From positions 96,001 through 160,000 of IMG/VR virus record IMGVR_UViG_2974508059_000001: a DNA stretch of 64,000 nucleotides; one strand, given 5' to 3'. Source of the stretch: a virus. Lineage: Duplodnaviria > Caudoviricetes. The number at the start of each line of letters is the position of its first letter. Positions within the stretch are counted from its first letter, which is position 1. Below, one piece after another: positions 1-8,623 of the stretch. The notes under the pieces are model-generated. The model saw only the letters and a program-made list of their open reading frames with translations. It did no database searches and was not told the origin of the DNA. The position numbers and the translations under genes are program-made.

Positions 1-53
1 CGCTCAACCGAGGGTCTTCTGGAGTACGTCCGCCAGTCTATCAAGGAGGGGCA

Positions 54-521
54 ATGATTATTAAAGTTGCCCTTTCGGTTACGTCACCACTTGGGAAGAA
101 GTACCAAGACCAGATACTCACGCAGTATCGAAGTCTGTTTGCGACGATGCAACCGTTGGTCAAAGAAATCAACGGGCGTCACGCATACCGCCAGTTCGGG
201 AGTCTCGCTGCAAAGTGGGGTCCCGGGGAATGCATGGCATTGGCGATTGATGAGTCAACGGAAACGTTGCTCGGTTTTCTACATTTCTCATACAGCACCT
301 CAGGGGATCGGTTCCTCTGGATTCACAACTTCTTCGTGTCTGAATCAGAACGGGGACGGGGGACAGGCAAGGCATTAATGGAGTGGACGCAAAACTACGG
401 CCGGACAAAAGGCTGTCAGTGGGCACAACTCTATGTGTTGGACAATAACACCTCCGCACAACGCCTGTATGAATCCATGGGCTTTCAAACCGAGAACCGG
501 GGTATGACTCTGGAGCTCTAA
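54..521 (+). CDS. GNAT family N-acetyltransferase
   Basis: Acetyl-CoA motif A FFVSESERGRGTGKALM and C-terminal LYVLDNNTSAQRLYESMGF; SD AGGAGG upstream. Confidence 0.9.
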   Translation: MIIKVALSVTSPLGKKYQDQILTQYRSLFATMQPLVKEINGRHAYRQFGSLAAKWGPGECMALAIDESTETLLGFLHFSYSTSGDRFLWIHNFFVSESERGRGTGKALMEWTQNYGRTKGCQWAQLYVLDNNTSAQRLYESMGFQTENRGMTLEL

Positions 522-522
522 C

Positions 523-1113
523 ATGACACAGTTTCGCACGGTACCGCACCACAGTGGTCAACGGTTTACGTTTGGTATCAAACGCTTTGCTATTCCCCAT
601 CGTCCGGGTTGGAAAACCGTTCGGGCCATGGGACAGTTCTGGCGTTTGCCACCGGGTCTTTCGCAGTACCTAACGGATGACGATGTACAACGGTTGGCCA
701 CCACCTGTGATGCACGACAGCGTGCGAGCTTTGAGGTCGTGTGCCAAGCAACAGAGATGCGCAAGACGTGTAATGCGTGTGAGCAGGGGATTTACTGGAC
801 GGGGCAGAAAGCGTTCCAAGTCGGGGCAGTCGATGACACCGCCAAGGTGACACCGTGGCACGGTGAAATCAACGGGGTTATCTTTACAGGCATTCGCATC
901 ACCACCGGTGAGCATGATTACCTGTTGGCCACCGACAAAGACGTTCCCATGGCCACGTTCTACAAATACCTGATGTTCTACTCCCACTACATTTCAAAGC
1001 GGTCTTTGACCACCACTGATGCGGGCTACTCAATTAGCAGACTGCCCTATCGATCGGACAAGAGGCTGGAGAAATGTTCTATCGAGACCTTGAGCGCTTT
1101 GCCGAAGCATTAA
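523..1113 (+). CDS. hypothetical phage protein
   Basis: 196 aa ORF directly after the GNAT gene, with GGAG SD. Confidence 0.7.
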   Translation: MTQFRTVPHHSGQRFTFGIKRFAIPHRPGWKTVRAMGQFWRLPPGLSQYLTDDDVQRLATTCDARQRASFEVVCQATEMRKTCNACEQGIYWTGQKAFQVGAVDDTAKVTPWHGEINGVIFTGIRITTGEHDYLLATDKDVPMATFYKYLMFYSHYISKRSLTTTDAGYSISRLPYRSDKRLEKCSIETLSALPKH

Positions 1114-1451
1114 ACCGGCAAGATTTAGCTAAGGACGGCAAATTGCACGATGTGATTTACGTCCTTGAACACGTTGACGATGCACCCCGGGTTGCGGTGT
1201 CCTGCGAACCGTGTGGGGCCGGTGTAAACCGGGTGTGTCTGAGTGTCCGTTCTGCCCACGGTGAGATTGTATTGAACTTTCGCGCTGACCACGAATATCT
1301 GTTGGTGCTGCGTTCTTATATCCGTCAGCCTGACCACGATAACAGTCTTATCGTGCGATGGTGTGATGACTACCAAGGGTTTGGCTTCCCACTCGAGGCC
1401 CACAAACGCACGGTATATGAGTTCGTCCGTGCTGTTGTTAACGGCTTTTAG
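1074..1451 (+). CDS. hypothetical phage protein
   Basis: 125 aa ORF, GGAGA SD, fills the operon gap. Confidence 0.65.
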   Translation: MFYRDLERFAEALNRQDLAKDGKLHDVIYVLEHVDDAPRVAVSCEPCGAGVNRVCLSVRSAHGEIVLNFRADHEYLLVLRSYIRQPDHDNSLIVRWCDDYQGFGFPLEAHKRTVYEFVRAVVNGF

Positions 1452-1459
1452 GAGGGAAG

Positions 1460-2050
1460 ATGATACTCGACTCGATTATTTTAATCGCCAACAAATCTGT
1501 AACGACCAAAAAAGAAATCCCTCCGACCGTTGCCGTTCATCGTGGACGCTATAAGCGACTCTACCACATCGCAACCGTTGTGGAGATTGCCTGCAAAGTT
1601 GCCAAAATGAAACGCCCACCGTCGTCAAGGGATTTCAACCGTGTTAAAGGTATCCTGCACAAAGCGATTTGTGTGATTCATCAAAAGCGTCACAAATCAC
1701 CTTACCGTGGTTTGCTGCGCACCCCACAGGAGGTTCCCATGACCCGTGAGGGAATTGTGGACTTGCGTGAGAAGACGTGTAACGTTGTTGGGTTAGCCCG
1801 TCAGCGTCTGACGTCGATTATCAACGAAACCAAAAGTCCAGCCAGTCTGCAAGAAGCCACCGCCGCCATCGAACTGATGAAAACCGCGGAGCTTGTGATT
1901 GTAGAGACCGACATCCAGTCGTATCGTCTGCAGCACTACCTTGCTGAACGCGGACTGCTCCCGTTAGTCATCACCAGTGAAAAGGCCGTCGGTCTTGACA
2001 TGCCCGCCACCGATGATGATTGGTCTGAGCCCACCGTTGATCTTCAGTAA
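1460..2050 (+). CDS. hypothetical phage protein
   Basis: 196 aa ORF, AGGAGG SD, followed by a terminator. Confidence 0.7.
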   Translation: MILDSIILIANKSVTTKKEIPPTVAVHRGRYKRLYHIATVVEIACKVAKMKRPPSSRDFNRVKGILHKAICVIHQKRHKSPYRGLLRTPQEVPMTREGIVDLREKTCNVVGLARQRLTSIINETKSPASLQEATAAIELMKTAELVIVETDIQSYRLQHYLAERGLLPLVITSEKAVGLDMPATDDDWSEPTVDLQ

Positions 2051-2055
2051 CAGTC

Positions 2056-2090
2056 TCCACCTCTTCGGAGGTGGAATTGTTATTTTCTTT
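2056..2090 (+). terminator. Rho-independent terminator
   Basis: TCCACCTC-TTCG-GAGGTGGA stem followed by a T-rich tract. Confidence 0.75.
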
Positions 2091-2141
2091 AGTCCCAACA
2101 TCAATTACAGATGTTGCCTATAATTTGACCAATCCGCAGCA

Positions 2142-2792
2142 GTGAATACGGAAATAAACAACGTGAGAAAAATAGTTTCTTGGGACGGGCCCGACTATGC
2201 AGGCAAAACGTTCCTGCGTAAGAAAGTGCAAGCCATGTTAGAAGTCTTGGGCTACACGGTGAAGGCTTACGGTAACCCCCGCACAGATTCTCCCACTGGG
2301 CAAGAGGCACGTCGTCTCCTGCTCCAGTCTGCCTCGAGTGAACGTGTCGCAGAAGCCATGGTTGCGGATTTTCAAGCAACCCTAAACGCGCCTGAAAATC
2401 AGGACGTGGACTTCTTGTTCATGGACCACTTCCTCGCGAGTACCACAGTCCATCAGGGTGAAGCCGGTAAGGTGGCTGCTTTCCGTTCAGGCATTATCGA
2501 ACAGATGGCACCGCCCCACGTATTCGTCTCGTTAGATGTAGACTACAACACAGCAATGAAGCGCGCTCGTCAGAGACGCGCACAAGAAGGTAAGCCGTGG
2601 GAGGACGATGTCCTGACCTACAAATACACTCAGAACGAGGAGTCATGGAATGGGTTGCGCGATAAGTTTCGCTTCGCCCTGCACATCCTGACCGAAGGGG
2701 GTAACCGGTGTAACCACATCGCGATGCCGTCCGGGGAAATCGGCCCGAGTGATATTGCAAAGTTAGTCCATGAGCTGACCCGAGATAAATAG
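2142..2792 (+). CDS. tmk: thymidylate (dTMP) kinase-like P-loop kinase
   Basis: VSWDGPDYAGKT P-loop, P..SPTGQEARRLL segment, LFMDHFLAST (cf. DR[FY]..S), LDVDYNTAMKR; start codon uncertain. Confidence 0.8.
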   Translation: MNTEINNVRKIVSWDGPDYAGKTFLRKKVQAMLEVLGYTVKAYGNPRTDSPTGQEARRLLLQSASSERVAEAMVADFQATLNAPENQDVDFLFMDHFLASTTVHQGEAGKVAAFRSGIIEQMAPPHVFVSLDVDYNTAMKRARQRRAQEGKPWEDDVLTYKYTQNEESWNGLRDKFRFALHILTEGGNRCNHIAMPSGEIGPSDIAKLVHELTRDK

Positions 2793-2796
2793 CAGC

Positions 2797-2831
2797 ACCC
2801 CCTACTCTTTGGAGTAGGGGTCTTTTCTTTT
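2797..2831 (+). terminator. Rho-independent terminator
   Basis: CCCCTACTC..GAGTAGGGG stem plus TCTTTTCTTTT. Confidence 0.8.
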
Positions 2832-2843
2832 CATCCTAAAAAT

Positions 2844-2869
2844 TTACAGGTAGATATTATCATTGTGAG
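2844..2869 (+). promoter_or_regulatory. putative phage early promoter (TTWCAGRTAGATATWAT motif)
   Basis: TTACAGGTAGATATTATCATTGTGAG; near-identical motifs at 4995, 13600 and 19989. Confidence 0.6.
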
Positions 2870-2943
2870 TATTAAGCAATCACTTGATTAATGCCGACAA
2901 AAAGGAAATAAAAAAGATGAGAACATAACAGAGGAGAAATATC

Positions 2944-3330
2944 ATGTTCTATTTAATGAAAGAAAGTGTTGTAGAGTTTATTGTAAAATTGCGCGTTGCG
3001 CATTGGGTAAGGAAACACGGTTGCAGTTTTCGTAATGTGGTAAGTTACCACAAAAACGGATATGTTCGTCCACTGGTTCCGCAGTTTCATCAGGGCCGTG
3101 TGAAGTTCGATGAAGAAGCGTATCAGAAGCTGTGTAAGATATTGCACCGCAAAGTTACTGTGGACACATGGGAAATTGATATACCGGACAGTGAAACTAA
3201 AACCAAAATCCATCCGGTTACAACCCCGTGTGTGGCTATCCCCGCTTGGCTGGTGACAGGTGAAGTGCGTGACTTCGGTCGCAAGCACCACGGCCAGATT
3301 TACATCCCGCTTTACAAAGACGTTATTTAA
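2944..3330 (+). CDS. hypothetical protein, paralog of 3389-3799
   Basis: Shared C-terminus TTPC[VI]AI..........GR.....IYIPLY; SD GAGGAG. Confidence 0.75.
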   Translation: MFYLMKESVVEFIVKLRVAHWVRKHGCSFRNVVSYHKNGYVRPLVPQFHQGRVKFDEEAYQKLCKILHRKVTVDTWEIDIPDSETKTKIHPVTTPCVAIPAWLVTGEVRDFGRKHHGQIYIPLYKDVI

Positions 3331-3336
3331 GCTGTG

Positions 3337-3367
3337 GGGAACATCCGTTTGGGTGTTCCCTTTTTTC
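3337..3367 (+). terminator. Rho-independent terminator
   Basis: GGGAACATCC..GGGTGTTCCC plus TTTTTT. Confidence 0.7.
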
Positions 3368-3388
3368 AATTAAAAGTAAGGAGTAATC

Positions 3389-3799
3389 ATGATAGCCACA
3401 TTTGTAAAAGAGACCTTCTCAGAAGGCCTGAGCGAAGCGATGCAAAACTACGCCATCAATCGTTTAGTCGTAAAGTATGCCCAACCCTTTCGTAACGACT
3501 GCGCACAAGGTGCGTGGTCAGAACTGACACGTGACGAATGGCCACACCTGACACACCGTGGTGGGGAATTCCATGCCCGCTTTAACATCGCCGCTTACGA
3601 GAAGTTTGAATCTGTATTAGGTCGCGGCATTCCGATTGTGTCGTGGGAGTGCGTTGGTAACGAGTGCGACGTGTTGAAAGAACCTAATGGTCGCACCACG
3701 CCGTGCATCGCGATAAACGCAGGGTACCTGACCGAAGCGAATCTGCGTCTGGGCCGCCAAGTGAAACACTATATCTACATCCCGCTGTATACCCGCTAA
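3389..3799 (+). CDS. hypothetical protein, paralog of 2944-3330
   Basis: AAGGAG SD; shared TTPCIAI...IYIPLY motif. Confidence 0.75.
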   Translation: MIATFVKETFSEGLSEAMQNYAINRLVVKYAQPFRNDCAQGAWSELTRDEWPHLTHRGGEFHARFNIAAYEKFESVLGRGIPIVSWECVGNECDVLKEPNGRTTPCIAINAGYLTEANLRLGRQVKHYIYIPLYTR

Positions 3800-3823
3800 C
3801 TGAAACTTGTAAGGAGTAATCTC

Positions 3824-4174
3824 ATGGCTAAACGTATCAAATGTGTTGACCTGAATCGCGCAAAGAACCAGTTCTTAAACCAGCTGTCTTTGGTGATTGC
3901 CCGCTTGAACTACAAACACACCCAGCGTGAAATCGCAGCGGTCTGTGGTGTTTCCACCTCCATCATCAGTAACATCAAGAACGACAAGAAAGACATGGTG
4001 TCGCTCGACGCGTTGATGACGGTTGCGAAGAAGCTTGGTTTAGACTTCGAAGTTGCCCTGCGCAACAAAGATAACCAAACCCAAGTGCGTGTGCATGTGG
4101 AGTCAGCTTTAGAATACCAGACCCGTATCAAAGGGGCAGGGTTCAAAGTCCACCACGAACTGCGTTTACACTAA
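3824..4174 (+). CDS. XRE/Cro-like helix-turn-helix DNA-binding protein
   Basis: TQREIAAVCGVSTSIISNIKND....SLDALMTVAKKLG fits the HTH_3 pattern. Confidence 0.85.
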   Translation: MAKRIKCVDLNRAKNQFLNQLSLVIARLNYKHTQREIAAVCGVSTSIISNIKNDKKDMVSLDALMTVAKKLGLDFEVALRNKDNQTQVRVHVESALEYQTRIKGAGFKVHHELRLH

Positions 4175-4183
4175 GGGCCAATC

Positions 4184-4474
4184 ATGGGATTGTCAGCAGA
4201 GACCAAACGGATAAAAATGGAAGGTATTCGCGTTGCCTTACAGAGAAGCCGGACAAAGTTGGATGAAGAGATGGCCAAGCTTCCTGCTACGGGCATTATT
4301 CCGTTTGATACGGTTCCGCACTTTAACGAAATCAACCGACTACTGGTGCGTATTCGTAATCTGAACATCGCCCTAGCGTATCTTGCGGGGATTCCAAATG
4401 GCGTTCAAGCGTTAGCGTATAAAGTCACTGCACCGCGTATCTCGCAAGTGGTGAAAGCTGTGTTAAAGATGTAG
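4184..4474 (+). CDS. hypothetical protein
   Basis: 96 aa ORF in operon, followed by a terminator. Confidence 0.65.
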   Translation: MGLSAETKRIKMEGIRVALQRSRTKLDEEMAKLPATGIIPFDTVPHFNEINRLLVRIRNLNIALAYLAGIPNGVQALAYKVTAPRISQVVKAVLKM

Positions 4475-4482
4475 TAGAAAAT

Positions 4483-4513
4483 GGGGGCCTAAACCGCCCC
4501 CGCTTCTTTTTTT
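4483..4513 (+). terminator. Rho-independent terminator
   Basis: GGGGGC..GCCCCC plus T tract. Confidence 0.65.
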
Positions 4514-4523
4514 ATTCTTTTTA

Positions 4524-4994
4524 ATGGAGTCCGTAATGGAAGACAATCTTGAATACAGATACCACGGTTTCGGTCATTCGCCGGAGTATAAAGTCTGGTG
4601 GTCCATGCGCGAACGGTGCACTAACCCAGAAGACCCGGCGTGGGATAAATATGGCGGGGCAGGTATCGGGTGCTCTGAAGGGTGGAAAAAGTCCGTTGCG
4701 TTATTCATGCACGACATGGGCCTTCGCCCCTCCGATAAACACACCCTAGAGAGAATCGACAACAGCAAAGGATACAGCAAGGAGAATTGTCGCTGGGCCA
4801 CGCGTAAAGAACAGGCGAGAAATAGACGCAGTAATGTCTTTGTTGAGTATAAAGGTGAGAAGTGGTATTTGACAGACGCCGCTAAAGACATGGGGATGTC
4901 TTATCAGAATCTACAGAAGCATTTAAGAAAGGGCAGGACAGCAGACGAAATAGCCGCCACATGGAAGAAAAAGTACAAGTGCGAACGAAAATGA
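4524..4994 (+). CDS. HNH (homing-type) endonuclease
   Basis: YKVWWSMRERC.NP....YGGAGI..W...F..DMGLRPS..HTLERIDNSKGYSKENCRWATRKEQARN is the typical phage HNH pattern. Confidence 0.85.
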   Translation: MESVMEDNLEYRYHGFGHSPEYKVWWSMRERCTNPEDPAWDKYGGAGIGCSEGWKKSVALFMHDMGLRPSDKHTLERIDNSKGYSKENCRWATRKEQARNRRSNVFVEYKGEKWYLTDAAKDMGMSYQNLQKHLRKGRTADEIAATWKKKYKCERK

Positions 4995-5020
4995 TTTCAG
5001 ATAGATATAATCATCATGAG
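4995..5020 (+). promoter_or_regulatory. putative phage early promoter
   Basis: TTTCAGATAGATATAATCATCATGAG, a repeat of the 2844/13600 motif. Confidence 0.6.
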
Positions 5021-5069
5021 AGAATACTAATACTCTCTTATAATCCACTTAAACAAAAGGAAATTTATC

Positions 5070-5375
5070 ATGGGCTTATTATCTAAACTGTTCGGCGAAG
5101 AAACCACCACCACTTCTGTTAAGAATCCACTGGACAACACTATCGTTGTTGACAAAGACCTTGGCTTCTTTGCTGAAGAAGTTGCACGTATCGGTGTTGC
5201 ATTATCTCATGCACACTCTCGTAGCGACAGCCGCAAAATGGCACGCTGCTTAGCGGCACTGCGCTTACTGCGCGAAATGAACGAAGACTCTGGTTTCCAG
5301 TTGGCAATGCCTAAGAACCTGAGCAAATATCGTATGCGTAAAGCACGCGGCGATTTCCCTTTCCTGAATGTATAA
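5070..5375 (+). CDS. hypothetical protein with N-terminal amphipathic helix
   Basis: MGLLSKLFG start, AAGGA SD, directly downstream of the promoter motif. Confidence 0.7.
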   Translation: MGLLSKLFGEETTTTSVKNPLDNTIVVDKDLGFFAEEVARIGVALSHAHSRSDSRKMARCLAALRLLREMNEDSGFQLAMPKNLSKYRMRKARGDFPFLNV

Positions 5376-5403
5376 ACTAATCATCCCCCTCAAGGAGTTC
5401 ACC

Positions 5404-5610
5404 ATGTTTAATGCAGTTCTGTCCATCGTCAGCCGTTTCACCACTAAAGAAGTAGTAGAAGTTGCTGCTCCCGTTGTGGAGCCGCGCCCGGAGAATTTCG
5501 GCGTGCGTCTGGCTGTGCTGTGCACAGACCTGCATCAAGCAATGGCTGATAACCGCTGGAAGGATGTCGAAGTTCTGCGCAAGCAGATTGACGCCCTTCT
5601 GGGTAAATAA
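5404..5610 (+). CDS. hypothetical protein (68 aa)
   Basis: Start moved to the ATG after AAGGAG; ends at a terminator. Confidence 0.65.
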   Translation: MFNAVLSIVSRFTTKEVVEVAAPVVEPRPENFGVRLAVLCTDLHQAMADNRWKDVEVLRKQIDALLGK

Positions 5611-5612
5611 AA

Positions 5613-5640
5613 GAGGCACCTTCGGGTGCCCTTATTTTTT
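5613..5640 (+). terminator. Rho-independent terminator
   Basis: GGCACC-TTCG-GGTGCC plus TTATTTTTT. Confidence 0.8.
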
Positions 5641-5665
5641 CTGTAAATTGTAAGGAGTAATCACA

Positions 5666-6298
5666 ATGGATAATAACCAAACCAAGCGTATAGGTAATCG
5701 TCGTAGCAACCTGCCGATTGTGGGAGAGGTGGTGTATATAAGGGGTCTTCTTACAGAAGATTCTTTTGACCCTGCGAAAATTGAAAAGCGTGGCGGTGTC
5801 GTTAAGATGCTGGACTACAAAACAGGCGTTCATCTCCGTTTGTACCGGAAAGCCGTGGACTACATGCTCTCTCTGGCAGAGTTCGCGGACGGCTATAAAG
5901 CTGTCGGCATGGAATCCACTGTGGCGGTATCGGATTACTCAGCTCACATCGAGCAGCTTTTCGAGGCACTCGAGGCTGTCGAAACTGTGTCCGAAGGCAT
6001 TCCAACCACCCTTGCGGAGTCTGCGCAAGAAAACGTCCCCGGGTCAGAAAAGCAGCCAGCATTAACGTTGGAACTGGCGGAGGTGATGGCGTGGCTGAAT
6101 AACCCTAATGCGGTTAACGGCTTAACCCTAGAACAGGTCTTGGAACTGACCCAAGCGCTCCAAATGCAACTTGGCTACATCGTCGGGAAAGTTGGACTGT
6201 TGCATAACGAAGCGACGCGTCCCGAGCGTACCAGTTCACTGCTCGGCGGTAGTTCCCTACTCAGCCCTTGCGGTAGTAGCCAATCTTTTAGACTCTAA
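5666..6298 (+). CDS. hypothetical protein
   Basis: 210 aa, AAGGAG SD. Confidence 0.7.
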   Translation: MDNNQTKRIGNRRSNLPIVGEVVYIRGLLTEDSFDPAKIEKRGGVVKMLDYKTGVHLRLYRKAVDYMLSLAEFADGYKAVGMESTVAVSDYSAHIEQLFEALEAVETVSEGIPTTLAESAQENVPGSEKQPALTLELAEVMAWLNNPNAVNGLTLEQVLELTQALQMQLGYIVGKVGLLHNEATRPERTSSLLGGSSLLSPCGSSQSFRL

Positions 6299-6334
6299 TA
6301 GACCCATCGACCTTTTATCCGTAAGGAGTAATCT

Positions 6335-6982
6335 ATGTTAACACCAGTCCAGTCTCTGTTAGATGTAACGTACGCCCCTGCCATCGCTGGCATGAAAGAT
6401 GGCGTAGAGCAATTTTTGACAACCGTCGAGAGCGTGCCTTTCGACCAGTTTGCGTATCTGAACGAAGACTTTGAAGTTGAGCAGCTCGCCATCTGCTTCT
6501 TGGATGCAGACGTTGTCAGTGTGGTTATCCAAGGGGGCTTAGATAAAGCGGCCATTAAGTCACTGACCAACTACTACACCAACGCCGTTGCGGTGCGTGT
6601 GTACTACAGCGATCAAGAAGATTTCCCGAAAGGCGATGACTGGTCTGTAGAGGGCCTGTCGTTCCTGATGGACAATCCACCGTTTGACGAATCCCTCCCA
6701 GCGTTCGAAGCGACGCAGGACGATGTGTTCGTTACCATCAAAGTCGGCGACAAGGCCATGCTCGGTACCCTGCTCAGCGACCTCAATACGTTCTCGGTCA
6801 TGGCAACCGGTGAATACCAGCCTGAGATGGAAAACGAACTGAAAGTGGCGATGGCTTATTGTAATGGGCAAGAGTGTCGCTTACTGGTACAAGCGTATCA
6901 CAACTCATGGATAAAGCCGATGCTGGACATGGGCTTTGAAGCAAACCGCTGGATTCTCAAGGCTGACTTCAACCACCTCTGA
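6335..6982 (+). CDS. hypothetical protein, possibly a degenerate GNAT fold
   Basis: 215 aa, AAGGAG SD; C-terminal LLVQAYHNSWIKPMLDMGF resembles GNAT motif B. Confidence 0.65.
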   Translation: MLTPVQSLLDVTYAPAIAGMKDGVEQFLTTVESVPFDQFAYLNEDFEVEQLAICFLDADVVSVVIQGGLDKAAIKSLTNYYTNAVAVRVYYSDQEDFPKGDDWSVEGLSFLMDNPPFDESLPAFEATQDDVFVTIKVGDKAMLGTLLSDLNTFSVMATGEYQPEMENELKVAMAYCNGQECRLLVQAYHNSWIKPMLDMGFEANRWILKADFNHL

Positions 6983-7062
6983 TAATTTACAGCACCTACC
7001 GATGTTATAGCCGCCGCTGTCCGGTTAAAGACAGCCCCAACCTTAATTGAGAGAAAATAGAA

Positions 7063-7824
7063 ATGGCTAAAGTATTTGCGACCTACCAAGAGATGCAGCA
7101 GACAGTTGATGTCATGGCAACGATGATTTCCATCAACCACAAACGTCGGCTGGTTTTTTATCGTGAGAAAGCAACCAACCATTCTGTGCGCACCATCCGT
7201 ACCGCAATTATTGATCTGACAACAGACGTGGTCACGCCATTGCAGGCCTCGTTTAAGATGGACGGTCCGACCAATGCTCCATTGACCCCAATGGCGAAAT
7301 GGAAAGGGTTTCGTCATGCCTTCTCTAGGTTCTTCTTTACGCGTATTGCTCGTAAACCGGAGTTGTTGTTACTGGCGAACAACCGTGACCTCAACTTACT
7401 GGTAACGGAGCTGCCTGAGTTAGCGTATCTGTTGGAATTCAACAAATACCTGAAACGGGCCTGCTTCACGCACATCGCAGCAGAAGACATGGAGAGCAAG
7501 GACGGTTGGCCGACCTACTTTACGTGGTCATCAACGCACCGCCATCAACACAGTGTCCGCCAGATACTCGTAGGGCGTACACTGAAATGGCGTGGCAATG
7601 GTGTCAGCAGCAGTCTGCCGCATGTCAACGTTGAGGTTAATATCTCAAAGTACGGCATCACGGCGAAAGACATCGGTAAGATTCAATACCTGAGTTTTGC
7701 CTTGACCTATCCGGTTGCAGATTGGCCAAAGATTGACGATTTACTGCAAGACCCGCAGATTGAGCCACTGGTTGACCTGTGGTTATGTCCGCGTATTACT
7801 ATCGAGCCGAAGCACGCCGGTTAA
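7063..7824 (+). CDS. hypothetical protein
   Basis: 253 aa ORF. Confidence 0.7.
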   Translation: MAKVFATYQEMQQTVDVMATMISINHKRRLVFYREKATNHSVRTIRTAIIDLTTDVVTPLQASFKMDGPTNAPLTPMAKWKGFRHAFSRFFFTRIARKPELLLLANNRDLNLLVTELPELAYLLEFNKYLKRACFTHIAAEDMESKDGWPTYFTWSSTHRHQHSVRQILVGRTLKWRGNGVSSSLPHVNVEVNISKYGITAKDIGKIQYLSFALTYPVADWPKIDDLLQDPQIEPLVDLWLCPRITIEPKHAG

Positions 7825-7855
7825 AGCGTGACCCTTACTCATTGGAGATAAAAGA

Positions 7856-8530
7856 ATGGCAACACTGGATTTCGTTAAGAAAGGTATGGCGATTGAAGAA
7901 CTGACAAAGAAGCCGAGCGTGGTAGAGCACCCTGAACTCCCAACGATTATGATGGCGGGACAGAAGCTGCTTCTGCTGAGCGACTCCGTTGCTAACATCC
8001 ACTTCATTGTGGCGGAAGCCGGCGGCTTTGTTACGCGTGTCTTCAACCGGGTAAAGCCTGTGGCTGATGGAAAGGCCACGCTCCTTATCTATCGTCAAAT
8101 CATTCGCGACGAACGCGGCATGTACTTCTTTAAAGTCTTGGCCAGTAAGCCTAAGGCGTTGGAAGCTTTCATGAAGCAAGACCAGCAGGGACTGATTGCA
8201 GCTTCACCGCTGTTCTACGGTCTGTGCCGGGCGTACGTGGAATCAGGACAACACCGCATCAGCGGTTTAGACACACGCGAACAGTGGTCTGCCCCGCAAT
8301 GGGTGGGTTCGCTGCGGGGTGAAGTGGCCGGGAAAGCCATTAACTTCAAACGCACCGTGGGTTATCGTCCTGCAACCAAAGATACACGTGTTGTCTATCG
8401 CTTCGAAGGCGCATTCGGAATGACCCTGACCTTAGCGCAGGACTTACCGGGTGTGTCGTGGAGCAAAGCTGCGGACTATTTAGCGTTGCCGAAAGTCACG
8501 GCAATTCTCAAAGAGTTCTACGAGCTGTAA
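7856..8530 (+). CDS. hypothetical protein
   Basis: 224 aa ORF, GGAG SD, ends at a terminator. Confidence 0.7.
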   Translation: MATLDFVKKGMAIEELTKKPSVVEHPELPTIMMAGQKLLLLSDSVANIHFIVAEAGGFVTRVFNRVKPVADGKATLLIYRQIIRDERGMYFFKVLASKPKALEAFMKQDQQGLIAASPLFYGLCRAYVESGQHRISGLDTREQWSAPQWVGSLRGEVAGKAINFKRTVGYRPATKDTRVVYRFEGAFGMTLTLAQDLPGVSWSKAADYLALPKVTAILKEFYEL

Positions 8531-8536
8531 TAAGCA

Positions 8537-8570
8537 GGCCACCTTCGGGTGGTCTTTTTCTTTTATTTTT
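8537..8570 (+). terminator. Rho-independent terminator
   Basis: GGCCACC-TTCG-GGTGGTC plus long T tract. Confidence 0.8.
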
Positions 8571-8593
8571 ACACTAACTCCCGAATGTATGTA
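8567..8593 (+). promoter_or_regulatory. putative middle/late promoter TTAC-N15-TATG
   Basis: TTTTACACT-N12-TATGTA, with identical spacing at 12875. Confidence 0.5.
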
Positions 8594-8623
8594 TCACGCT
8601 CATTATAATCTCAGGAGTCATTC

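Noticed and set aside
523-8530. Possible paralogy of 523-1113 with 7856-8530 (WHGEINGVIF vs LRGEVAGKAI)
   Set aside because: The similarity is too short to support without an alignment.
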